A DNA stretch of 64,000 bases, from positions 53,258,001-53,322,000 of the forward strand of contig OX597830.1 of the NCBI GenBank assembly GCA_951406725.2, written 5' to 3'. Both the position numbers and the translations under genes were made by a program. The stretch comes from Octopus vulgaris (Eukaryota). Positions 28,240 through 41,068 of this stretch are shown piece by piece (within the stretch, counting starts at the first letter, position 1; every line of letters begins with the position of its first letter). The notes under the pieces were generated by a model. It saw only the letters and a program-made list of their open reading frames with translations, had not been told where the DNA came from and made no database searches.

Positions 28240-30840
28240 TGTGTGTGTGTGTGTGTGTGTGTAATACTAAATATTTTTTAGAGGTTGATGTAATTAAAGC
28301 AGAGCTCCAGCCTTGTTAACAATCCATAAAATGAAAGATAGAAAATAACAAAAGTTGTGTTTCGCTTCAGCAGGATTTCCAAGGCGACATCGTCAAAGTG
28401 AGGTGTCAAAAGTTTTTGTCGGCAATAACGAAGGAATTAGTTTGTGTTTTATAATATACAACACAGCAATAAAAAAAATTCGGTGTGTGAATATATATAT
28501 ACGAGATACCAAAACGCGAGAGGAAAGAAAACACACACCCAACCAACATCAATGAATTAATTAATAAGCATGCAGAGATAGAAAAAAAACAGAGGTGGGA
28601 GATAAACAGTAATTATAGAGGAAAAGTACAGTTCAGTTTCGTTAATAGAGATGATGTAGGTGGTTAGAAACCATCCAGAAAGATAAAGATATATATACAT
28701 ATATATATATATGAGAGGGAGAGCAAAAGAATACCGGAAGTCTCCTTGTTTACTCACGTAAACCCCAGAAGCAAAAGATTTTAAGTAGAGTCCAAGTTTG
28801 CAGAAAAACAAGACAGGAGAGATTTTTACTAAATTAGCAATAACCAATGGAGAGAAAAACGAAGTATATATGCTGGTGTAGCACTTACTTGGAAACATAA
28901 TCCGACGGTATAGTTAGACATACGTGCATTTATGACACATATACATGTAAATATGTGCGTGTGTGTGTATGTGGCTAAAACGTGTTAGGGAGGGGAAGTA
29001 ACTCGAAACGTCTTAAGCCGCATCACATGACTTGAACCTGACTGGCTGAGAAGAGGAAACTTCGTAACTAACGAAAGTAAAATGGGAATTATAATAATAA
29101 CAATGAAATAAAAATAAAAGGAAAAAGAAACCTTCACAAATAAGCAAATAAATTAAAACACAAACCCGTGACACGGCTCTGTTTATCGTTTTAAGACTTG
29201 CTCTAATAGCGAAATAGGCTGACTGGGTCGGTGTGAAGTTTTTGTCTACGTAACATAGAGGCGACCAGCTTGGTTCGAAGAGCAACTTAATGGAAATTGA
29301 GATGATGATGGTGATGTGTTTTCCCAACAACTGTTAGAGAAAACCTATTTTTAAAACCATTCAGATGTTTAAGAGTAATGATAAAAGTTTTTTTTTTTTT
29401 CTGTAGCTCTAATTCATCCACTACCAACAGAAAAGGATTTTTAGTGAAAAATAAAACGATTATTCAACGTAAATTAATATTGATAAGCATTTGTAAAACG
29501 TCTCCACATCCTAAGAGTACAGAAAATAATTCATTTTGATGCTGTAAAAATGTTTGGAATTTAGATTAAATAGTAATTTTGATTTCTCACTCCGAGTAAT
29601 ATTTATCGTATTTCCTAGAAATTTACTGTTTTATTTTAAATAATAACCAACAGATGACGCCACAGAAGCAAGTGATAACAATGGAAGCATCAAACTAGAC
29701 TAGACAAATAAAAGACATTTCAGAAAGTTATTTTAATCTCTGACGTTTAATAAAATATCTCTACAATGTGACACAGCTCTCGTGATTTGACACTCAAAGA
29801 AACTATTTTAAAATTAGGTTGGTGGAGTGATCAACAGCTCAGCACCACTCCCCAACCAAGGTGGCTCCGTCCTTAACACTCCCAATAAGAAAACTTCTAC
29901 CGTTACTGCTTGCTTTATTTCCAATTCCATATTATACAGAGTAAAACTCTTCACCAGTCTCAGTAATACTGAGTACTGCCACTAAATACGATAACACTTC
30001 TGCTCATTCCAACCTAACTATATAACCAACCTTGGAAAACAGCACCCTATCCTTGCCAAATTCTGAAATCACTTTTTGGTACACTGATCTTTGAAAATAT
30101 ACTGTCCCAAGGGAAAATTCTCTAACCCTGTCGACTACCGACCTATTACACTCACTACCAACATCTTAAATGTAGAAAACACATTAAAAGCCGCCTCTTC
30201 CATAACCTGTCTGATCCTTTAGTGACCAGCAGTATGGTTTCCATAAAGCAAGATTTACAAGTGATTTTATTCTTGTGAGTCATTCACTGGCAGTCACTTC
30301 CTCCACTATTTTTAAATAATACACCCAGGGGGACATGGGAGGGCCAGGGCCATGACATCATTGCCAGACTTCTGTGGTTATTGACAGAAAAGTAGGCAGA
30401 TCCTGATATCCTCAAACCAAAGACCTGCAGTAGAAGAATCTGTTAAAGAAACCTTGTCCATATAGCATTCACATCCCAAAGTACATTAAAGTACAATTCA
30501 CATATCTGACAGTGCTGCTGCTGCTGTTACACACCCACACAAATATCTGAGGCCACATTCAAAAGTCACTCATTCAAATGGTTGACAAAGCTTCCATTCA
30601 CCAACAACAAACAAAACCAACAAAGAGATATACTAATTCTGCTCTCTGAATATTCTGTTACAACTAATAACCTATACTCCTCTTAACTAGCTTAAGGGCC
30701 TATCCATCCTGAGCCATTTCCCCTACTGTGCTCAACTCCTAAATTTTACACAAAACACATTAAGCAATCCTTACCCTTTCCCCCCCAAACTTCAATCTTC
30801 TACTGTCTTCCTCTGTACTTCTGCATTCTCTCACCACCAC

Positions 30841-30874
<34 letters not shown>

Positions 30875-33800
30875 TCGAACAGAACATCAAGCATATCATT
30901 GATTACGGAAAGTGGTTTTGAGCACTGTCCCTCACCAAGAAAAAGAAAAGAAGAAAAGGAAAGAAAAAGACTGAATTTAGTTGTGTCCATTTACGTATAT
31001 TTTGAGTTCAGTTTCTGTTGAGGAGGGAGAATAGACTTTGCTTTTTCATTCCTCCTGTCAATAAACAAAATATCAAACATATTCAAGTCAATCCCACTGA
31101 CTCTACCCCCCACCCCCACCCTCCCTCACAAATTTGTGAACTTAAGTCATTTCAAAAACTAGTTACTTTACTGTGAAAAAGTAACTAAAATGGTCAAAAA
31201 GCAGGCTAAACATTTTAAAATATTTATTTTTTTGTCTAGGCGTAGGAGTGGCTGTGTGGTAAGCAGCTTGCTTACCAACCACATGGTTCCAGGTTCAGTC
31301 CCACAGTGTAGCACCTTGGGCAAGTGTCTTCTACTATAGCCTCAGGCTGACCAAAACCTTGAGTGGATTTGGTAGACGGAAACTGAAAGAAGCCCGTCAT
31401 ATGTATATATGTTTATGTGTCGGTGTTTGTCTCCCCAACATCGCTTGACAACCGATGCTGGTGTATTTACGTCCCCGTAACTTAGCGGTTCGGCAAAAGA
31501 AACCGATAGAATAAGTACTAGGCTTACAAAGAATAAGTCCTGGGGGTCGATTTGCTCGACTAAAGGCGGTGCTCCAGCATGGCCACAGTCAAATGACTGA
31601 AATGAGTAAAAGAATAAAAGAGATACATTATGAGTTCAAGCTCTGCCAGGGTCAGTTATGTTTTCCATCACTTTGGAGTTGATAATTTAAGTACTACTTC
31701 TATATTTATGTAAATTTATATATTTCCTTTTTTTTTCTAATATGATAAACCTTATAATAAGCTATTTTTTTTTCTTCTTATTTGTTTGCTATTGCTAGCA
31801 TATGAAGCAATTGTTTGCTCAAGATAGTGAAGTTCATGTAAATGGTAGGTAGTTACACTGGATATATTCAAAGAATTGCTGCATTATTCCATGCTTCTGA
31901 GTTTAAGTTGTGCCAGAGGACTTTTTTTTTTCAATCTCAAAACTTTTAAAAACAAATGGGAGTCCCATTATTTTGTTCTGGGTTTCTACGTAGTTATTTT
32001 TGATCAATTTGACACATTCAATACCAGACTGAGCTTAACACTATAGAAACTTTGCTACTCATTCAGTCAAATCATGAAGTACCAGTAATACAAAGGGGTC
32101 AAACCAGTCAGCTGTGGCTCAACATTAAAATGTAATATATTTCTTTATTGCCCACAAGGGGCTAAACATAGACGAGACAAACAAGGACAGACAAAGGGAT
32201 TAAATCGATTACATTGACCCTGAAAGGATAAAAGGCAAAGTCGACCTCGGCGGAATTTGAACTCAGAACGTAACGGCAGGCAAAATACCGCTAAGCATTT
32301 CACCTGGCGTGCTAACGTTTCTGCCAGCTCGCTGCTTATTAAGATGTAATATACAGGGCTCATACCAGCCAAATATGGCTTAACACACCATATAATCATG
32401 TGATATACAGGGATCAAATCAGCATCTATGGCTCAACACAATCAAATTATGTGATATACAGAGATCAAAGCAGTCAACTATGACTCAATACATTGTAAAA
32501 TTATGTGATATACAAGAATCAAAGAAGAAATTGTCTTCAATATAGCTGCAGATGGGTAGAATCAGCATTAAAGTTAATAAAATTCATAGTCAAGTCAGGG
32601 GTTAATATCACTGATAATATTCTTGAAGGACATGGTATACCTACTCTAAAGCAAATCAGCATTTTAGGTTTTTTTTTCTTTTATCTTTCAGTATGAATGG
32701 AAAAACTCTCCATCAATGGTTGAATTTAATAATAGTTCACAAGACATGGTGAATATTTTTATTTATTAATATATGTTGTCAGTGTCATTTCATTTAAAGG
32801 TTGTTTTTCTATTCTGGCATAGCTTAGGTAAGAGGTGACTGTAACAGGATTTTTATGGCTGGATGTTCTTCCTGTCATCAACCCTTACTTGTTTATGAAG
32901 TAAGAGGGATGATTTGTTGACAGGATGTCAACAAACATCATAGGTTGCAAATGGCGATGTCAATGTTTGTATCTGTAGCTCAGCATTCACTCCTACCCAC
33001 AGACACGACAAGCTTTTTTTTGAGTTTCTATCTGCCAAAATTCCTCACAAGACATTGGTCAGCTTGAGGCTATAGGGAAAACTCTTGCCCAAAGTGTTGT
33101 ACAGTGGGACTGAATCTGAAGTCACAAAGTTGAGAAACAAGCTTCTTTGCTCACTCATGCCTTTGAGTATATGTGGAGGTATTTTTCTAGTTTCTAATCT
33201 GTGTCTAACTTCTGCTTCTTATGTTGGATCCAGAGTAGAAAGTAGAGCAAAACATCTTGTGAGTGGAGTATGTGTCAATATTTTCATAGAAATAATGATT
33301 TTTTTTCAAATTAAAATAAGAAATTTAGAGTAAAGAAATCAGATTTTTTTTTCAACAACGTATACATTTTCCAAGTCATTTAGAAAAGAAAATGACAGAC
33401 AAAAAGAAAATTAAACATACATAAATACACAAAGCTATGTAATTGCAAGCAAGCAAAATACATAAATGATGTGAAGAATAAAGGCAAAACAAATAAGATG
33501 GTGGTGATGAAGATGATGCCAGAATTGTGTACCTTGAAACAAATTATGTAATCATTCTGTGCATCATGGTTGTGTGTATGTGCATATTGTAGAAATGTGT
33601 GTGTATGCTGTTGCTATGAGGGGAGAAATCTTTGGGAAAACTGTTTAAAGAGATTAAATAATTGTTCCAAACATGTCTGCTACTGCCACAGATGCTCCCA
33701 CCAACACTACAACTGTTGCAGTAATTAACTGCAATTTTGTTGATTACTTATTTATCAAAATTTTGCTCTCAAAGTAAAATTCTTCATTATCTGTTAAACC

Positions 33801-36737
33801 ATCATGAAATTAACTACCAAGATTTCCACAATTGGTAATAATCATTTTAAGTATCATTCTGTGAGAGAAAAAACCCAAAACAAAGGCCAACTAATGGGAC
33901 TTGAGCCACATTCTCATTGTTTCCTGGGCAACTGTGTTACCAACTACACTACAGGGTACCTGCTATTTATTTGTCCAATTCAATACTATAAATAATTATC
34001 TGTTATATAAAATGTGCTATTATATATTCACAGAACAGTTTCAGGACAGGTTATACTTACAATTTACCTTCAAAAGATAATTCATCAATCTCTTAGTTTA
34101 CTAAAATGGTGTGTGCCTGGTGGTTGTATGAGTGTGGTGGTGGTGGCAATGGTGGTGATATTGATGTCTGTGATAGTAGGTGCCTGATTAAAATCGTTGC
34201 AGTGGAGTATGCATTACAGTTGTGGTGGAATGTGCATGGTGGGAGTGGTAGTGTTGTATCATCCAAAGTCATCTTGAATTAAGTATGATCAAAGTCATGA
34301 GCTTCACATTTCTTAGCATATTTAGGAATACATTATAAAATGTTTCCTTCCTTTTACCAATATAGTATGGTGTCTGTGAAGGAATTTGGTTGCTATGTCT
34401 AGCAGTTCAAGTGATCATGCAGAAGTTTGTGCTTTGACTCACATGTAGTAAATGTGTGTGTTTGTACAATCATGGTTGTGAGTGTGTGTGTGAACATGGC
34501 GGTGGTTGTATGTGCATGTGTGCCTATGAACATGGTGTGTATGTGAAGATGAAATGGCTGTGTGGGCAAGGTATTTAACTACTAACACAAGTGAAAAGTG
34601 TTCTAATATGCTGTGGTTCATTGATGGTGCTACTGTGGAAGATTACTTTTGAACTTTGCATGTCTTAGCTGTAAATGAGGAATAAGGTGCCATATTCCCA
34701 GATAAGATCTTTAAGCACTATTTTGTATTCACCTGAAGACAGCAACAAGAAACACCCTTTGTCAACAATAAGACCAAAAGTCTCTTTGACCTTGGTGATC
34801 TTTGACATTGCTTTCCATTATATGTATACTGATTAATTTAAATACTATTAAAAAACAAAAAAAACCTTGTGCACATGCACACAGGCCCATGGGCACATAC
34901 ACATAAAGATCTAAACGCACTAAATTTGAAAAACATTGTAAACTGTGTATAAATTCTTAAACTATAGAATACAGACTACATTGGAAATAGTGAGGGTCTG
35001 AGTTTGAAACAAGATTCAGAACTTAAAACACTTGATTGTGGGGAGGACTCACACCTGTTACCTGTGAGTGACCCTTGTACAACTAGGAAATATAAACTAA
35101 GAGCATTATTAGAAAGAGTAGGGATGTGGGTTCTAAATAGAATCGGAACTTACAACAGTCGATGGTGGTGGGCTCACATTTGTCTTGCTGGGAGTATATC
35201 CGTTATATGTACGTACTTTATGGGTAGTTTTCTCTCGCTGGAAAGTAAAAACCAACATCACAACAAATAATGCACTGCAATCCAGTACCCCCAACCTCTC
35301 TCCCAGGTAGACATAGGCTCATTTATGAGGTCTTGATACATCATAAGCATCATCATCATCATCATTCTTTTTATTGTTTCTATTAAAGAATTCTTAAGAT
35401 TTTGTGTCAGTGTATACACTTGTGCCTCCAAGTTTGCACAGGCTTGTATGCATCCACATCTCACCCTGTGTACGCATGTGAGTGTATACACACCACTCCC
35501 TCTCTCTATAGTTGTGTGTATAAGGATGGCCAGCTGAATGTACAGGTGTCTGCACATGAATGTGTGTGTGCATGTCTTTGCCTGTCTGTGCTGCACACTT
35601 ATGCATCTCTGTATAGTTTAGCACCAATACATCTGTGACTATACATATTTATGATCAGCTACCAAAGAGACGTGTTGCTCGGCATTGGCAAGACATATAT
35701 TAGTAAAACTGACAAAAAGCATACAGTGAACTTGCCATGGTCAGTGGGAAATCCAACATTTCAGACAGAGTCCTGCTTTAGGGAAAAGTTGACAGGAGAG
35801 AAATTAAAGAGAGATAGTAAAGTTTTCAAACTCTGGATAAAAAACTGCTGTTTCTCTTTAATTTCTCCCGTCAACTTTTCGTCACAGAAGGGCTCTGCTG
35901 ACTGGATTTTCCACGGTACTCTTTTTGTCAATTTTTTATATAGATATATATGACATACAAAGAATATAATTCAAGTGGTGGATATAAGATTGTTAGCAAC
36001 TCCCAAATTCTCACTTCTTGTTTAATGTGTTGAAACTTGAGAAATAATTCTGATAAAATACATTAGTGATCCACAGCTGAGATATTTTGATAAAATATAT
36101 TAGTATAGTGATATGTGCCTGAGATAATTATCATGATAAATGCATTAGCACCTGCATTGTTCCCAGCTTTTATAAACAAAGCTACAAGCTGTGTTACCTA
36201 TCTTTATATTAGAGAGGAGATTTTGAATTGTTTTTAACAGAGAAAGAGAGACAGAGGAAACTCAGAGTATTGATGCAAAATAGCTTGAGGTTTTGTTAAC
36301 TCCATTGAGTGTGTATGTTGTTGTTGTTCAGGCTCTTGATCTATCAGAACAATAACCAAAGGTGTTGTTCTGCCACAGCCATTTTCTCATCTTTTATTCA
36401 GCCATAATGTGTCCGAGACTGCATTATCCAACATCCCTTTTTTTTTTTTTTTTTTAAGTCAGCAGAGTGTAATTTGAGGGAGGTTTGATTGCTGTTTCGA
36501 GCTACATAGAGGTTACCCCATTGACTCAGTATCAAATAATGTCAATGTAAAATGTTTTGCTGGGGTAGATATCATAGATATCAACAAGGAAGTAATATGG
36601 AAAGAAAAATGTTAAAAAGCCAATTTGAAATAGAAAACTAAAATACAAATGCAAAGAGAAAAAAGTTCAAATCAGAATTGTTAAATTGAGATGGCCACCA
36701 TGCATGTGATGTGTGTGCGTAGAGTATACAGTGTATG

Positions 36738-36801
<64 letters not shown>

Positions 36802-39800
36802 ATAATATATGTATATATATATAATATATGTATGGTGTATAGAGTGCATCTTGAATGCAATAGCATCATCATTTTAATGTCCCCTTTTCCCTGTTTCCAT
36901 GGGTCAGACAGAGTTTGATGAAGCAGATTTTCTATAACTGGATACTCTTCCTGTCATTAACACTCACCTGTTTCAAAGTAAGGTAATATTACCCCTATAA
37001 TCACATGTTTTTTTTTTGAAGAATATTAGTAACTAATGACACTGCTTGTATAACAGTGATAATCATTTACAACTAAAACGCAATGTCAAGATACACACAC
37101 ACACATATATATGTATATATACAACAAGCTCCTTTCAGTTTGTCTACCAATTCACTCACCACTTACAAGACTTTGGTTGACCTGGGACTATAGTAAAAAA
37201 TGCTTGCCTAAAGGGTCATACAATGGGACTGAACCTGAAACCATATGGCTGGGAAGCAAACTCCTTACTACATAGCCATGCCTGATAATATAGTGCAAGG
37301 CATATAGTGTATGTAGTGTGTGTGCATGTGTGTAAGGTATATGTAGCTTGTGTGTGTTTAATAAAGACTAGTTAATTATTTGTGTAATTACTAGAAATGC
37401 ATAAGGACGACAAACTTATTACTAAGCTTTTCATTTTTGACAAAACAGAATACTAACTAATCTACCATTTATTCAAAGACTGCACTTAAAAGATGTTGTG
37501 TTATTATCCGTTTATTGTTTTATATTAATTTTCCCAAACTTCCAGTGGTGTAACAAATTATTAGTTGGATCATACTATCTATCTATCCACTCAGTCGAAG
37601 TCGACTCTCGGTTACTCGTTGGATCAGTGTCCTCCAGTCAGTTCTATCCTGGGCCACTTCTTTCAGATTGGCTATGTCCATTCCAGTATCACTCTTGATG
37701 GTGTCAAGCCAGCGGGTTCTTGGTCGGCCTCTTCCTCTCTTGCCACTGGCTGTGTATTTTAGAATTTACAACCATATGGTTTTGGGTTCAGTCCCAACAT
37801 ATAGCACCTTGGGTAACAATTTTCAGTGACTTGTAGGTGGAATTTGTAGATGTAAACTACATGGAAGCCTGTCACATATGCACATTTGATACATACACAC
37901 ATACATACAAACACGCATACATATATATATACATACATACATATACACATTCCTTTTGCTGACATACATTAGCAAAAGACACACAAGAGAAAGGCAATAA
38001 ACTGATGCTTTTGAAATTAACACCTTGTATTTACTCTCCTCAAGGGAAACAATGACTGGTCCATAGTAAACCTGCAACTAAAGATGCTATTGTTCACAAA
38101 AGGAAATAAGGAAATAAAAATCATTTTAACAACTTCTGACCCATTTTTAATTGAGTTACTACTAACCGATTAACTATGATATAGAAATGGAGTCTCTTTT
38201 TCATTGTTTAGTTTTGTTTTGTTTTTTAAGTCAAGCAAATTGGACTCTGCAAAGTTATGTTCCTTGCTCAAGGGTCACAATGCTACAGTTGTGAAAGCAC
38301 GATTTGATCTCAGCACCTCAACCTCACAACTATTGTGACTACTGCTTTTAGTGGTAGATCTTGAGCTATTCACATACATGCACATATGAACACATGTATA
38401 GCTGTATGTATAACTCCACAAACAATAACATACACTGACACACAGACACACACACATCATGGAGGCCATTTTCATGAAGCTGTGCAAAAACCAAGCAGAA
38501 GCCAAGTGATAATTCAAAATTCAAACAAAATCAATGAAAGCGGGTTATCTAGGAAATATGATCCGGGTACACCTACCTCCTTCTCTTTGCTTTCATGTTC
38601 ACTCTTTGACAATGCTAATGCCAGTTGTAGCTCCTCCTCCTCTTGGATTTCCTGGTCACTCTTCGAAGGGGGAAGCTGCAAAAGTACAAGTATTTCACAG
38701 ATAAAACAAAGCATCACAAGCCATTCTTTAGATGGTCACTTGGCTTTCTAGAAATGGCAGCCAAATCACCCACAAATGTCTTCCAAAAGGGAAGGACATA
38801 CAAGCTAATGTAGTTCTACAGTGTCTGCTCAAGCAGACATTATCTCAGTACCATTATCTTGGTACCTTCCAACAAGGCTTTGGCTCAAAGCCTTAATGGA
38901 TCACATGGTATAATTCACATAAAAACAACTAGGAGCAAAAATATTGCACTAAGATAAGCTCAGAGCCCAGAAGTCTAAATCCACCACTATAAAGTATTTC
39001 TACAAGCTAAAGTTCATTATTATTATTAAAAGCTGCAGAGTAGCAGAATGGCAGAATAACAGAATGACAAAATGTTATTAAATTTTGTACTGTGTTTAAT
39101 TCTGTCTGATGTTGGCTTTGCCTTTCATTCTTCCAGGGTCAATAAAATACAACACTAATCAAGAAGACATATATTAAAACAATTCTATCAATTATAATCC
39201 ACTTCTAAAATGGCCTTGTGCCTTTGTTTGAAATTATTGTTATTATTAGTACCGAGTGAAAGTGAGGGCAGAAATGATAATGTAGAATGAGATGTTGTGA
39301 GAAAGTGTTCAATGACTCGTTAGTTTGACAGATTAAGTAATCTAATATGATACATTTAGAGGGACTTTGTTCAGTTCAAATCTCACTAGATCCAACTTTT
39401 GGTTTTTATCTGTTGGGAATGGAGGAAAGGAAAAATAAAATTGGACCCAAGGAATTTAAAATTAAGGCAATATTTCACAATACATCCCTTCTAACAAGGG
39501 CTAATGCTTAGGGAAGAAAAATTTTTAAAAAGTCTATGGAGGCTACTGAAATAATCCAGGGAGCAGTTACTGATATACAGGGATGCAGTTAATGCATACA
39601 GAACATGTTATTGCTCCAGTTATATGGTTGCTCACCATTAAAAATAGCAATCAAATTTACCACAATCACACATCAATGTCAGAGAGAAACTAAAGGACAC
39701 ACTGGATATGCAGTCTTAGATGTCAGTAAAAATTAGGACAGTCATGGCTGGAATGTCTTTGATCATATGCCAACATCAACGAATTATTTAAAGTTTATAA

Positions 39801-40788
39801 ACATATTTGATATTTATAAATACAATTAATCGTTGCATCAGAATCTGTAGAGAGACAAGACTAATTACTGTAATGCAATTTAGTTCACCATCTTTTATGA
39901 AGAATAACCTTCCAGATGGTTACTTCATCAATTAGAAATAGCACACTCCTCCTTTATCTTAGACTGCAAACACTTGACTGATTGGCATAAATCACTGGTC
40001 TGTGACTGACATAAAATCACTTAGTCACTCACCAGTTTCTGACTCACATATTATTGTGTCCTCTCTCTGCCTTTCTTACCACTACTACAATGTCCTCTGC
40101 TCCTGGAAGCTAGCTAGTCTCATGCCATTTCCATTCAGCCATGCCAAATGTACTTGACCATCTCTCATTATCCATGTTGTGTCTATCCCACATAAACCAC
40201 AAAGCCTAGTCCTTCTGCCCAATAGTATAGGCCCACCTTGGAATTCTCTCCAGTCAATTTGCAGCAGTTTAAGCAGGACATTAACAGCATTAGTCTCATC
40301 GGCCTTGAAGGGAAGGCCTGTGAGGGCTGTGGGCATTGTCCCTTTCTCCGTACTTAGCAAATAAAATTTAAAATATATTCTGCTGGATCATCGCTGGGCT
40401 GAGACTAAACCAAACCAATTCACAGGTCGTTTTGAGGACTTAATATGCATCTCGTGGCAGGTATAGAAAATAAGCAACCTAATACACACTTGGACATTGG
40501 AACATCTACATGCAACAAATGAGATTCATGCTTTTTTTTTTTTTTACTCAAAAACAAAAGGAGACAGACAGAAAAAAAAAGGGGGAAGGAACAAAGCAAC
40601 ACAAGCCAGTGTACAGACAGAACTGAGAATTAGTAAGAGGGAATAAATAAAGCAAGCAGCTAAACAAACAACTACAACAAAAAATATATATATATATATA
40701 TATATACATATAACTGAAGTTTATAGTAATCAACATTTTGATACTGTTTCAAAATACAAACTATGTAGCAATTACAATAGCCTTATAG

Positions 40789-40849
<61 letters not shown>

Positions 40850-41037
40850 AATATGAAGGAATATTATGAACACATGTTGGTATTCTACTAAATATATACA
40901 TTTTATTAATTTTTTTGCACATTACTTAATCATCGTTATATTTTTTTATCTTATATTTAATCTTTCTATTATATGTAATTTTCTAGATGGTGTAATTTAA
41001 TTTTTCATTTTGAATTGACAAAAGGTGTTTTTTCCTA

Positions 41038-41068
<31 letters not shown>

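Noticed and set aside
28371-28403. Plus-strand mini-exon (CAG|GATTTC...AAA|GTGAGG) of a nested gene
   Set aside because: No partner plus-strand exons or recognisable protein found.
29200-29290. Possible miRNA hairpin in the CpG island
   Set aside because: No clean stem by eye and no match to conserved miRNAs I can recall; would need small-RNA data.
33890-33958. tRNA-like sequence on the minus strand (TAGTGTAGTTGGTAACAC...GGCTCAAGTCCC)
   Set aside because: Stems do not close into a cloverleaf; most likely a decayed tRNA-derived SINE head.
38030-38080. Possible exon after TTAGTTGCAG ([12 protein letters not shown])
   Set aside because: The nearest good donor gives 37 nt (frameshift), and there is no Hrs similarity.
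40300-40395. Hammerhead ribozyme (GATGA...GAAA spacing)
   Set aside because: Core reads GCGATGA rather than CTGANGA, there is no UH after stem III, and there is no stem I.
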